A stretch of DNA of 55,352 bases, the filler included, from Squatina squatina (lineage: Eukaryota): assembly GCA_031763465.1 (NCBI GenBank). It is 3 parts of 3 records of this genome, joined end to end, with 100 filler letters (N's around TTAATTAATTAA, not from the genome) between each part and the next. Parts side by side here need not be neighbours in the genome. Positions count along the whole stretch, not along the records: positions 1 to 19,448 come from JARFOE010000073.1; 2 more parts are not named here. One strand, 5' to 3'. The notes under the pieces are model-generated. The model worked only from the letters and a program-made list of their open reading frames with translations, searched no databases and was not told where the DNA came from. Shown here piece by piece: positions 1-11,950 of this stretch. The stretch's first letter is position 1. Every line of letters starts with the position of its first letter. The position numbers and the translations under genes are program-made.

Positions 1-160
1 AAAATCAGTGAGGGGAATGTTGAAAAAGGTGAGCGGGTTGCAAGGGGTATTTGATGAGGGTGGAGAGGTTGAGGGTAAGCTTTTTAAGAAGTGGGGGATT
101 ATGCAAATTTTAAAATGGGGAGTAACAGTGCCTCAGTAAAGGGAGCTGTTGGGGAGGATG
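1..160 (-). mobile_element. Decayed LINE (probably L2 clade) reverse-transcriptase N-terminal fragment
   Basis: Minus strand reads roughly GTVTPHFK..IIPPLLKKLTLNLSTL with a frameshift, resembling the G-x-VP-xx-FK-x-A-x-I-x-PLLKKP-x-LD motif that precedes LINE RT domains. Confidence 0.45.
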
Positions 161-1910
161 GAAGTGACAGTGACCTCACAGAAGACAACAGTATCCTGGA
201 AAAGCAGCAGGTACAGGACTGTAATTGAACCAATATGATAGTATTCTATTTTAAGATAAACACTTCTAATGAACAATGAAGTTTCCAAACTCCATCCGTC
301 TCAGTTAGTCTCAATAGATAACTGCCAGGTGACCAACAGCAATATGTCCCGTGTGCTACCGTGACTTACAGCAGTTTCCTTTTATAAAGGCGGCTAAACC
401 TGCTTCAAAAGGCCAAACAGAGAGCTAAAGCAAAACATCCGATTGTATCAGGCAAATATCAAAGAGCAAGGAGTAGCTTCCATATTCCAATGTAGTGTCC
501 TAGAAGGGGTTAGGCACTTCCTGGAGAGATTTTCATAGTAACAGAGCCCCTTACATCCTTAAGGGAACTGTTGTGTCAAGTACTTTACTATGTTGCCTGG
601 GGAATAGTGATTAAAGGCTTGAACAGAAAGCTAGGTCAAAGCACCGAGTATAGTAGATCATAGGCAGGAAGAAAAGGAGGTTTGTACATTGTGTAATATG
701 CATGAGAAAGTAAGGTGGAACTGCTTACATTGTACCTGAAAATAGGATTACCAATATCTGTGAACATTTAGCAGGTTTACATTACCTTGAGATTGTAGAT
801 TGTCTCAAATGTTTAGTTTTATGGAGTGATTGCACCATGAATGTTGTTTAGATTGTAAAGGCAGCTTTTTAAAAATTGCCTTGAATAGTAAAGCTATTAC
901 TGGCAACTGGTCTTTGTCTCTGTCAGTGTCAATCAGGATCTATCACAATCTGGTACATACAGCCTTAAGCTAGGAAAGAGCCTTCATTATTCTCATTGGG
1001 CCAATGATTGTATGGAATTCAGGGATTTCAGTCCTGTTGGGAGTGTGTGAGTATTATGGTGGGGAGGGTGTGCAACTGATTAGGTTTGAAAATGTACATT
1101 ACATCAGATTACTATTCTGGTATTTCTGATTGATTTCCTCTGGGGATCAGGAGAGACTTTTGCAGAATGCTCTCATTGTGGACATTTTACTTGTTCTTTA
1201 TCCTTTTCAGAAGCTAAACAGTAGCGAGGATCCCGAGCAGTGCCTGTTTCATTCCACAACTAATAGAAGGAAAAAAATGGAAAGANNNNNNNNNNNNNNN
1301 NNNNNNNNNNNNNNNNNNNNNNNNNNNNNNNNNNNNNNNNNNNNNNNNNNNNNNNNNNNNNNNNNNNNNNNNNNNNNNNNNNNNNTGAACATCAGCAATT
1401 GAGACAAGCTTCATGATAGTTTATTGGAACAAGCTGCAATATTATATGAGATTAAACCTGATATTCATTTACCTATTAAAAATGTTAGCGCATATGACAG
1501 TTTATTAGCACTTGAATTGATTATTAAACTTGTACTGCTGCCAGCTCATTATGTTACATATTGAATATTTATGGCTGTAAAATATAATTATATAGATGTG
1601 TCCTTGATTATATTTGCAAAGGAAGTCTTTTAGAAATATTTGGAAAACCGCTTGTCGTGTGCTTAATGTTTTCAATTATGCAACGCAATAGTTTAAACAT
1701 GAAAAAAGATCTCATCACTCACCCTTCAGTACAGTAATTACTATGAATCATGGTGTATTGAATTATATTGAGAACCAGAGCAAATCAGAATTTTACTTAC
1801 ATTGGTCCGGCATCCGACTGTTTACTATAAACAACTGTAAACATGTGATTATATTTAAAGAGCCAATAATCAATGATATCTCATTGTTCCTACTTTGCTT
1901 GATGTGATAT

Positions 1911-2073
1911 GTTAGATTTTGATTATTTGGGGAGTCAAGGGTTATGGGGAACTGGCAGGAAAGTGGAATTGAGGCCAAAATCAGATCAGTTATGATCTCA
2001 TTGAATGGCGGAGCAGGCTCGAAGGGCCGAATGGCCTACACCTGATCCTATCTTCTATGTTTCTATGTTTCTA
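1911..2073 (+). mobile_element. CR1-type LINE 3' end/UTR
   Basis: GGAGTCAAGGGTTATGGGG...GAATGGCGGAGCAGGCTCGAAGGGCCGAATGGCCTAC followed by a (TTCTATGT)n tail. The same tail recurs many times in the window downstream of CR1 ORF2 fragments. Confidence 0.85.
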
Positions 2074-2777
2074 AGGCCGAAACAGCAAGGGCCTATAAGC
2101 CTGTTAGTTCATGAGGGGGCACAGCACACAGTACCAATCCCATCAAGCATGAAGTAACCGAGGCTTTTAGGCCCTTGTGGTTAACTCAGTTTTTGACTTG
2201 TGATTCCCAGTGAGAATGCCAGTGGCTGCAGGCTACTCTTGAGGTTGTCAAGGGCAAGAATCTCCATGTTCCACCGGTATTCTTATATTGCAATGTATTT
2301 GTGAAATGTCTCTTTGGAAAGTCAATATGTTAAAGTTTACTAAAAGCAATTTCTCCAGAGTAGAAAAATTGATCAGTTAAATACTTTGCTCGGGAAGGAT
2401 CAAATAAAGTTCCAATTCATTCTTTACAAAGTATGTCATGAATTATTTATGATTATGGATTTATACTTTTGTCCAGTCTGAATAGCTTCACAGCTTGTTG
2501 AGAATTTTGCGAGAAGCTGCAGTTCATCAAAAAATTGGTTCTTTTTAAAATGCATTTTGATCTTTTTGAAGAAAAAAATCAAACTAATATTTTCAAATTA
2601 CGTCTATAGTTCTCAGCCTTCAAGGTGTTGTTTGAATGTAATTATTGAAAGTTATCTGCTAGCTTCTATGAAATTAAATTGTTGGCATTGGTCTTGAGCC
2701 ACTAGCAACTCATTTGATAGGCATGAATGAAAAACATGAGGATACTTTGGATGAGAAATTTAAGAGAGCTCTGTGTG

Positions 2778-3196
2778 GGGCGCTAACTTTTGAAAGCTGG
2801 AAAAATTAGTGCCAGGTGCTAATGATCCTCAGCTTTCTCTAAATTTGGTGTTAGCGCTCCAGAAAGGAAGTGGAGTGTTAAATCAAGCGCTCCACTTCCT
2901 TACTGTAGCGGTAGAGGACGCAGGCGGGGCGGTGTTGGTGCAGCACTGCGCAATGTCCCTTGCAGAGCTGCCACAATCCGGGGCTCCTTCCTGCCCTTAA
3001 AGGGAAGGGCCATCGCTGCAGGCTCTGTATCGGGACCAGTTAGCTGACCCGATCAGCCCCAAGTCCTGCAGCAGAGTGCCGGGCTGATTGATTGCAGCTG
3101 AAGAGAAATTGAAAAAAATGAAATTATGCATTCCAACAATTTTCCTATTCACCGCGCCAACATCTGCTTTAACTTGTGCCCTGAAGCGCCCGGCCT
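2778..3196. mobile_element. GC/CpG-rich non-autonomous DNA-transposon-like element with internal hairpin (putatively PIF/Harbinger-derived)
   Basis: Abrupt CpG-rich island in AT-rich DNA that ends at a gap. Inverted repeat 2855-2877 / 2888-2910 (20 of 23 matches). Family assignment is inference. Confidence 0.5.
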
Positions 3197-4114
3197 NNNN
3201 NNNNNNNNNNNNNNNNNNNNNNNNNNNNNNNNNNNNNNNNNNNNNNNNNNNNNNNNNNNNNNNNNNNNNNNNNNNNNNNNNNNNNNNNNNNNNNNNGCGG
3301 ATGTGAGGCGGCCGCCATTCTTCCAAGAAAACCAGCCGTAACAGCCGGTGCTATAACATCAAATTTCACGGACATTATCCGTTTTTCTCAATAATGAACA
3401 ACTCGCTAATGAAATCATGAAAATGCTTGTCTTTGAAAGTGCGATTTATGAGAATACAGTTTTGTTTGTGAGCCATTGATTATGTAAAAAAGTTGCATAT
3501 TATCTTCCTGCTGAATTATTTGTAACAAAAAGTGCAATGTTTGTGATGCTGAGCATTCACCATGCAATCTGTTTAACTGTTGGTTTTAGAGACAGACCAT
3601 TACTTTTTTTATTTAGACATAAGAAGCTCCTTTATTTGCAGCCCATTATCCTGTCGTAGAGATTCTGTTTAGATCCTGGTAATTCATGAAACATAAAAGC
3701 TTTCACTCTGATTGCTGCTTCAAAGTGATTTAGTCTGCTAATGGGCTACAGGCAACATTCCATTGCACTAATTTTGTTTGCAGAAAATAATTGGTTTTGA
3801 ATATTTTGTGGCTTTGACTAAATGCCAGAGCACTGGCTCATTCTTCCACCACAGGAAGGACTTTTATTCTATTCAATTACAGCAGATAATTATATATCTT
3901 CTCTTGCGTTTATGCACTCTCCGTACTTAAGAAAGTGGCCACAAATGTGACCAAAGCTTCCTAGTTTTGATCAATGAGGAGACTGAGATTACAGATCATT
4001 AAGCATGTGGAGATCATCACTGAGAAGAGATCCATCAGATTTGAGATCCAACTAGTTCAACTGGATTGATTAACTAATAATGGAAAACAATAGCACAGGC
4101 ATTGACCTGCAGCT

Positions 4115-4425
4115 AAGAAAGAAAGACTTGGATTTAAATAGCGCCTTTCACAACCAGCGGACGTCCCAAAGCGCTTTACAGCCAATGAAGCACTTTTGGA
4201 GTGTAGTCACCGGTGTAATGTAAGAAACGCGGCAGCCAATTTGCGCACAGCAAGCTCCCACAAACAGCAATCTGATAATGACCAGATAATCTGTTTTTTC
4301 GTTATGTTGATTGAGGGATAAATATTGGCCAGGGGATAACTCCCTTGCTCTGCTTTGAAGTAGTGCCATGGGATCTTTTATGTCCACTTGAGAGAGCAGA
4401 CAAAGCCTCTCATCCGAAAGACGGC
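4115..4425 (-). mobile_element. DeuSINE (SacSINE1-like) body and tail
   Basis: Reverse complement contains the Deu-domain-like AAAAGATCCCATGGCACTACTTC...CCTGGCCAATATTTATCCCTCAA and a tail GCTTTGGGACGTCC...GAAAGGCGCTATTTAAATCCAAGTCTTTCTTTC. Homologous copies lie at 8918 and 32308. Confidence 0.8.
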
Positions 4426-4647
4426 CAGCAAAGGAGGGCAAGAAAATCAAGGGCAATCTGCTGGGTTCTGAAACAGCTGTAATGGAAATAAGTTTTGGAG
4501 CCATAACAACATAAGAACTAGGAGCAGGAGTAGGCCACTCGGCCCTTNNNNNNNNNNNNNNNNNNNNNNNNNNNNNNNNNNNNNNNNNNNNNNNNNNNNN
4601 NNNNNNNNNNNNNNNNNNNNNNNNNNNNNNNNNNNNNNNNNNNNNNN

Positions 4648-5221
4648 ACCACCCTTTCAGGCGGTGCATTCCGGATCCTAACCACTCGCTGTGTAAAAAA
4701 GTTTTTCTTCATTTCGCCTTTGGTTCTTTTGCCAATCACCGTAAATCTGTGTCCTCTGGTTCTCGACCTTTCTGCCAATGGGAACAGTTTCTCTCTATCT
4801 ACTCTGTCTAGACTCCTCATGATTTTGAACACCTGTATCAAATCTCCTCTCAGCCTTCTCTGCTCTAAGGAGAACAGTCCCAGCTTCTCCAGGCTATTAA
4901 GGTAACTGAAGTCCCTCATCCCTGGAACCATTCTAGCAAATCTTTCCTGCAACCTCTCTAAGGCCTTCACATCCTTCCTAAAGTGTGGTGCTCAGAATTG
5001 GATGCAGTACTCCAGTTGAGGCCGAACCAGTGTTTTATAAAGCTTCATCATAACTTCCTTGCTATTGTACACTATTTATGAAGGCCAGAATCCCGTAAGC
5101 TTTTTTATCTGCTTTCTCAACCTGCCCTGCCACTTTCAATGATTTGTGCACACGTACCCCCAAGTCTCTCTGTTCATGCACCCTCTTTAGGATTGTCCCC
5201 TTTATTTTATATTGCCTCTCC
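4648..5221 (-). mobile_element. CR1 LINE ORF2 C-terminal fragment (decayed)
   Basis: Translates to ERDLGVRVHKSLKVAGQVEK...ALERLQERFARMVPGMRDFSY...LGLFSLEQRRLRGDLIQVFKIM...RTRGH...NFFTQRVV, the canonical CR1 ORF2 C-terminus. Confidence 0.92.
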
Positions 5222-5817
5222 TGATGCTGAACTGAGATAATATTCACTGCGAGGTGAGAAGAGGGTGGAGAGCACAAAATGATTTTGATCAAATTGGCAG
5301 AACAAGTATAAGCACTTTGTTATCGCTATTATTTTTACATTTACTGATGGGGGCAGGGGTTATTCTGAGTTTCAATCTTAGTTAAGAAATCATTAGCCAA
5401 GAGTGAGCTTGCTTGTCATATAACTCAGAATTATTTGTTGTCACATGCACATATTTTATTGTAATAAAGCTGCCTTCAAATTGTGCAGTTCATCAAGTGC
5501 TTATTGCTTTGGTGCCAATTTATGTCGAGCATACAGCGTACTATAATAAAATCAGTACGGTAAACACAGTGTGAAAGATTAGGCTAGTTATTGTATATGT
5601 TGTGCAGCAACCCATCAGCAATGTGACATGTGTTTCTCTACATGCCAAGCATGTCAGTAACAGTTAATTACAGTACTGACAGTTTTCTAAACTTGACAAA
5701 TAATGACACTGTGCTAAATCAGTTTAAAATTAATTGCTGTAGTTCAGAAAACAATTGTTCCTGCTTATGAAAATTAATCTAATGAGTTCTGCAGCAGGTT
5801 TCTTATTAATTCATGAG

Positions 5818-5857
5818 TTTTATATATCTATATATATATATATGTAGATATATAAAA
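5818..5857. repeat. 40-bp AT-rich palindrome around a (TA)n microsatellite
   Basis: TTTTATATATCTA (5818-5830) is the exact reverse complement of TAGATATATAAAA (5845-5857), with a self-complementary (TA)n centre. Confidence 0.85.
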
Positions 5858-6160
5858 TTATTTATTTATTTTTATCTCAATATTCATGCATTCCATGATG
5901 GTTGATGGTTAATTTTCTTTTCCACTCTGCTTTCAGATGATGCACTTCACAGTATGATATCAGCAAGTTATAATTGATTTTTTACTGCAGGGAATAAAGA
6001 GCTCAGCAAATAAAGTTAATCTATTATTGTGTCAGCTGGAACAGGAGAGAAAACTGAAGGTGGAAAGCAATCAGCAGTTTTCTTTTTAGCTCAGCGAGAC
6101 TGTTATAATTCGGAGGATCACTGTGTTTTAGCTGTTTCAATGGTTCCTGTTCACACGTGC

Positions 6161-6365
6161 GAGGGAAGATCTTCCCGGGTCCGTGCCCAGGCGCATTGGG
6201 TTGACCGAGTGCAGCGAATTTCGGGAGCATCGACCGGGTCGAAGCGTCACCTGTAAAAGAACCCGCCCAATAGAAGGTAAATCCGTTGCAAGCACCCGCT
6301 TCGACCCATCCGATTTTCAGGTATTCTCTGCGCCGAGGCCATCCTAACACAGGAACGTTTCTCTT
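6161..6365. mobile_element. Hairpin MITE-like element
   Basis: CpG-rich ~200-bp island with a perfect internal inverted repeat GGGTCGAAGCG (6236-6246) / CGCTTCGACCC (6297-6307) and imperfect ends GAGGGAAGATCTTCC / GGAACGTTTCTCTT. Confidence 0.55.
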
Positions 6366-7898
6366 ATATAGTTTTGTGTTATCCATTCCAGTGCTACCTT
6401 AAGTAATCTTTCAATAAATCATGAACATTTTTCTAGTGAAATGCAATTTCTTGTTTCTCNNNNNNNNNNNNNNNNNNNNNNNNNNNNNNNNNNNNNNNNN
6501 NNNNNNNNNNNNNNNNNNNNNNNNNNNNNNNNNNNNNNNNNNNNNNNNNNNNNNNNNNNGAGGATGCACTCCAGTCCCCCCGGCGCCCACCAATCGCGGA
6601 AGGCCGCGAGCGGTGCACAGGTGTTATGCTGAGTTTTAATTGAACCAATAAAGGTGACAATGGATTAAACCAGGGTCACTAATTGGAAAAACAGTTCTAC
6701 AATTGCCATCTCACCTAAGGAGGTACCACTAATAAAATATGCTGAATGTAAAGTCGAATCAATACTAAAGAAGCTTACATTAAAACAAAATAAAATGTTA
6801 TCTGTCAATTAAATAGTCTATGTATTGTGGTGCCCACCAGTCATAGAAGGGCATTATGCCTTTTCAAAATAAACCATAATAGCAGTAATTGAAAAGTGGC
6901 TGCAGCTGGGTCAGTATTGGCAATTAAATATACTTGATATAAACATTAAGAAGGGATAAGAAAAGGAAGAGGGGTAATGATTACCAACAATATCATAGCA
7001 GTAGAGTCTAAAGGCCTTTAGATGCATTAATACCATTGTAATTTCAGCCTGCGGTGCATCAGGTAAGCCAGGGAGGAGAGTATATATGGAGAGGCAAGCC
7101 ATAATTAATAAATCCATCCAAATGGTTGGCAGATGGAGGTTGTTTTGGGAGAGGCAGAGGCCAGATGCAACAACAGTCTTTAAAACCCGCTGCTGCTTGG
7201 GTGAGGCAACAAGAGGGCTGCTGGCACCATTGGAGCCATAACCTAGCAAGGAGTTGGTGTCTTCAGGAAAGGAGAGAAAAGTGGAAAAAAGAAGCAAACC
7301 TACAATTAAAAGTAGGCCACGTAAATTGCTCGGGCATTGTGCCTTCATCTTGCAAGGCGATTTTAATTCAAGTGCTTTCTTCAATGTCTTTTCCATTGGA
7401 ACATGAACTGTGCTTGTTTTTATTTACTTATTGAGCAGGGGGTATGTTGGGAAGTCACTCCGCTGTTTAGAACATGTGAAGCAACGCATCCATAAGGGCA
7501 ATTAATTAATGATGAGTTTTAAGCATTATAATGTTAACGACGAGTTATAAACATCTTAATATTAGCAAATAATTTAAAAGGAAGGATTAGGCCATTCAAG
7601 TCTTTCTGATCATTAGACAGTAATAACATCTATTGGGAGCTGGACTTCTCTTTTAAGTAGAACGTGTAGGGCATGCTTGATGAGTTTTAAATGTTTAGTG
7701 GTAAAACTAGTGTTGCTGGGAATGCATAATTAGGACTACTACATCATGAGATATAGGAAATCCCATCGGATGTTATTAAGTATTGGGACTGCCAGCGGNN
7801 NNNNNNNNNNNNNNNNNNNNNNNNNNNNNNNNNNNNNNNNNNNNNNNNNNNNNNNNNNNNNNNNNNNNNNNNNNNNNNNNNNNNNNNNNNNNNNNNNN

Positions 7899-7998
7899 GC
7901 GCTCCCTTATTCTGAGATTATGCCCTCTGGTCTTAGACTCTCCCATGAGGAGAAATATCCTTTCAACATTTACCCTGTCAAACCCCGCAAGAATCTAA
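7899..7998 (-). mobile_element. CR1 LINE ORF2 C-terminal fragment
   Basis: Reverse complement encodes the CR1 RIFLLMGESKTRGHNLRIRER segment. Confidence 0.75.
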
Positions 7999-8917
7999 TA
8001 TGTTGCCACATTACGCTAGCCCGGAACAGTGACTAAGTCACCAAGGCTGCGTCGCTGTTCGCCGCTGGTAGCGCTGGTTGTGGGGCTCCGAGTGCTGCAG
8101 CTGGTTTGGGCTCAGCCAAATTGGGGCCCCTATGTGTTTTGTAGTAATTAATTGTTTTGTGTGATTTACAAGATGACGGTTCTCCTTTAATACACCAGTT
8201 GGGCAGCCACTTTTAATGAGTATTCCTTTTATAATATTACATGTCAGCAGTTGGCGCAGTACAATGAGATATGAAATCTACGGATTTAAATCTAAAATGA
8301 AAAAATAATTATGCAAAAAATATTTATATCAAATAGAGCTTTTGTTCTAAGGTGTTTAAAGTGAGAACAAAGACCACACTATACTTACACTTGTACAGTC
8401 ATGAAGGAGCAGGGCTAGTGACTTAACCTTAACGTACTGGGATGAGAACTTCAATTTATATATAGACAGAGGTTAGGCGATGTCTTTGATGACATTTGCC
8501 GATTCTTTTTCTCCTTTCTTCAGTGCAGAATATTCAACATGAAACCCATTAGCCTACAGTACCTAGGTGACGACAGAGGGAGACTTTACAAAGGCCTCTG
8601 GCTTCTCTTAGAATTCAAAGTAATTTCTTTCTCGAGTACAGCAGTTTGCAGGATTGATGGGTTTGCAATTAAGAACAGTTGACTTAACAGAGTGAAGATG
8701 AAGGATGGTAACTGACTGTTAGAAGATTCAGCACTATGTTGAAATCCCCACAGTCCAATCAAACAAATTTGTATTCATTCAAAATGAAGTAAGCCACTTG
8801 ACCTGCACAAATTATGCTTTCTGCTTTTACACTGTGATATTTTTGGCTTTGGGATGCAAATTTATTTTAAATGCGTTGGTGCCTTCATTAAATTAAGGGA
8901 CTGAGGAATTTCATATA

Positions 8918-9040
8918 AAGAAGGACTTGAGTTTATACAGCGCCTTTCACACCTCTGGACGCCCCAAAGTGCTTTACAGGCAATGGAGTTCTTTTGAAGC
9001 ATAGTCCCTGTTGTAATGTAGGAAATGCGGCAGCCAATTT
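8918..9040 (-). mobile_element. DeuSINE/SacSINE1-like 3' tail, cut by gap
   Basis: Closely matches 4120-4242 (CGCCTTTCAC...CCCAAAGTGCTTTACAG...GTAATGTAGGAAATGCGGCAGCCAATTT). Confidence 0.8.
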
Positions 9041-10113
9041 NNNNNNNNNNNNNNNNNNNNNNNNNNNNNNNNNNNNNNNNNNNNNNNNNNNNNNNNNNNN
9101 NNNNNNNNNNNNNNNNNNNNNNNNNNNNNNNNNNNNNNNNCAATATGTCTTTGAATTGATAATTACAGTGCATAGTTACAAATCACTGCAAATGATGGGA
9201 ATGAATGAATGAATGCAGTATACCTGGCATAATTTCCCCCTCTTCCAGAAGAGCAGGAACAATTGTACTTTTATAAATACAGTAATTTGTGATGTTTAAT
9301 CAAAATAAAGGCAATATTTGTTTTCTTGACACGAAACACTGGCTGCAGTTGTTGAACTGCTCGTCCTTTCAGTCTGTGAAGTGGGTACAAATTTTAACAC
9401 TTCCTCAAAAAAAGTGCCACGTTATTTATTGGGTTTGCATTCTTTTTGCACAAAGCAATTAAAATGGTCAGAATCCTTTAACCAGCATCAAGTCAATGGA
9501 AACTTCAGAGAGTCATTAATCTTCTATGCCTTGCATCAAACTAACACAATTTTAAAAAGTTTTAAAAATCTTATGCTGGTATAACACTTGCGATAATTAT
9601 AAATTTTCACAATTATTAACTGAATGGGAGAATCTTTAAATAAATATCCTTTCATGCTCCTTACAAGTAAATGCGGAATGGATTGTGGAAGGGAATGAGA
9701 GTCATTCAGAGCAGTGTGACCTTCACACTGGATTTGTTTAGTTAGTTGGAACATCAGCTGCTGTACTAAACTGCAGCAGTGGGAGTGCATAAGCAAATAT
9801 TCTGAAGTAAGTTCCTGGAGAATTGGCAGCAGACCAGTGGCAAGCTAAATTTGTCAATGTCAAGAATTTGTGAGATTTCTCACCGCTATCCCTATTGCTT
9901 CTGGCACGAGAGAAGCTGCTTTGTGTACTATTGGATGCTGCCATACGTAAAGGGCAAAAGCATTTTCAAAATGTGTTCTGCTTTGTAAGCTAGCAGTTGA
10001 GACAACGAATGAAGGATGCTAATGTATAATACAACCATTTCCAAGGGAGTTTCATGACCTAGATGTATTGTCAAGCACTGACAGAGGATCAAATTTAAAG
10101 AGAAAAATAGACT

Positions 10114-10591
10114 TGTGTTAAACAAGTGACGGATGTACGTATAGTCAAGGCTAAAGAGTACATCAAGTTCCCCATGGACGCCTTGGGCCAACAGGACAGA
10201 GCTGTGGGGTTGGTATTAATTGTAGGGTCCCTCCAAGTACAGGCAGCCATTGACTGCACAAATGTGGCCATCAAGGCATCGCTAGATGATTCCTTAATAG
10301 GAAAGGGTACCACTCCTTGGCCTGCAGCTGGTGTGCGATCACCACCAGAAAATTATGCAAGTGTGTGCCTGATTCACCGGAGGCTGCCATGATGCATTCA
10401 TACCCTGGCAGTCCACCATCACCCCGCTGTCTGATGAGCATAATTAGTTCACAGACTGACTGCTGAGGACAACGGGTTCCCTCTATACAAATGGCTTATG
10501 ACACCTGTGCAGAACCCTTGCACCTTGGATCAACGAAGATACAATGTGAGCAACAGAAGTACGAGAGCATTAATAGAGCAGGCAACTGGTG
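10114..10591 (+). pseudogene. PIF/Harbinger DDE transposase (HARBI1-like, DDE_Tnp_4-type) pseudogene fragment
   Basis: Across frameshifts it reads CVKQVTD..KAKEYIKFPMD..VQAAIDCTNVAIKA..FLNRKGYHSL..QLVCDHHQKIMQVCA*F..GCHDAFI..DNGFPLYKWLMTPVQNP..QRRYN..STRALIEQATG. All three catalytic motifs (IDCT, D-x-G, IEQ) are recognisable. Stops and frameshifts are present and the 3' end is lost in a gap. Confidence 0.9.
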
Positions 10592-10691
10592 NNNNNNNNN
10601 NNNNNNNNNNNNNNNNNNNNNNNNNNNNNNNNNNNNNNNNNNNNNNNNNNNNNNNNNNNNNNNNNNNNNNNNNNNNNNNNNNNNNNNNNNN

Positions 10692-10961
10692 AGAATCCTC
10701 AACAACCGAAATAGTTTCTTTCTACCCTATCTGTTCCCCTTAATATCTTAAACTTCGATCAGATCACTCTTTAACCTCCTAAATTCTAGGGAATAATACA
10801 ACCCTAATTTGTGTAATCTCTCCTTGTAACTTATCTTTGAAGTCCGGGTATCATTCTGGTAAACCTGCGCTGCACTCCCTCCAAAGCCAATATATCCTTC
10901 CTAAGGTGTGGTGCCCAGAACTGCTCACAGTACTCCAGGTGTGGTCTAACCAGGGTTTTGT
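10692..10961 (-). mobile_element. CR1 LINE ORF2 fragment
   Basis: Reverse complement encodes [40 protein letters not shown], a CR1 hallmark. Confidence 0.88.
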
Positions 10962-11114
10962 CTGTAGTGTATCGATTTTCCAACAAACGTTCTGAAGGTT
11001 ACAATTTAATTATGTTTTTGGAATATGATCCTTGAATATGAAAAATACATATCCTAAAAGCAGTCAAGTACACTTATTTTAAATATATAAATGTATCTGG
11101 TAGAACATTCATTT

Positions 11115-11212
11115 GTTCTGGCGAAGGGTCATCGACCTGAAACATTAACTCTGTTTCCATCTCCACAGGTGTTGCCTGACCTGTTGAGTATTTGCAGCAT
11201 TTTCTGTTTTTA
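11115..11212 (+). mobile_element. Penelope-like terminal-repeat copy with degenerate hammerhead-like core
   Basis: GTTCTGGCGAAGGGTCATCGACCTGAAACATTAACTCTGTTTC...GCCTGACCTGTTGAGTATTTGCAGCATTTTCTGTTTTTA, homologous to 21033-21133. Confidence 0.7.
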
Positions 11213-11821
11213 ATTCATTTTTACTGTGGTGCTTTGTATTGGTACAGGCATTCCTGTCATTTGCCATTGAGGTTATAAGCAAATTTTGGTGTACTGTAAC
11301 CTATTGAATGTATTTGGATTTCAATATCTTCTATAGAAATTGTTGTGAATCTGATCTGAAGTAAATGATTATTTTGCGTTAATGATGCTGAGTTATTTAC
11401 TCTGATTTTGTGATTTAAAAAGAAATATCCTACCTACACGTGTCCAACTCTGTCTCTTGGTGCACATAAAGGGATTTTTATAATCCTGCAATAAGTACCT
11501 AATGTGATTCTTCTCTGCTCTCTGCAGGCAAGAAAAGCTTAGTGCATATGATGTGGAGTAATTTGATATTATCTAGTTCTTGACCTGAATTAGGCTAATG
11601 GTAATCCAAGTGCTCTTTAATGTGGCTGGAGTGGAACCACTTTGCAAAAATTTTCAAAGTGTTCTGAAAGCATATTGTGGAACTACAGCAATATTTTTAA
11701 GACAAGGGCCATAATTTTCTTTGCTGGCTCCATCTCGCTCCACAGAAACGACTTTGCATTAGTACGGCCTAGTAAGCCCGCCCTGCGCGTAACCTGGCCC
11801 AATTAAATGGTGTGGGTCTGA

Positions 11822-11829
11822 TGACGTCA
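11822..11829. promoter_or_regulatory. Perfect CRE palindrome TGACGTCA in the putative promoter of the Harbinger Myb/SANT gene
   Basis: TGACGTCA followed by a second TGACGT, preceded by GCCCGCCC and CCAAT motifs, about 120 bp upstream of the ATG at 11951. Function is untested. Confidence 0.35.
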
Positions 11830-11950
11830 TTCATGACGTGTTTTCAGCTGGAATCTTTAAAGGGGCCATGGCCACATTACATTTGAAGGCTAATGTAACA
11901 TCGTGCTGTCAGTGCACTACAGCATTGAAGTGTTGCAAAAGACATTGGCA

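Noticed and set aside
10114-10591. Domesticated host HARBI1 gene
   Set aside because: Frameshifts and in-frame stops indicate a dead transposon copy.
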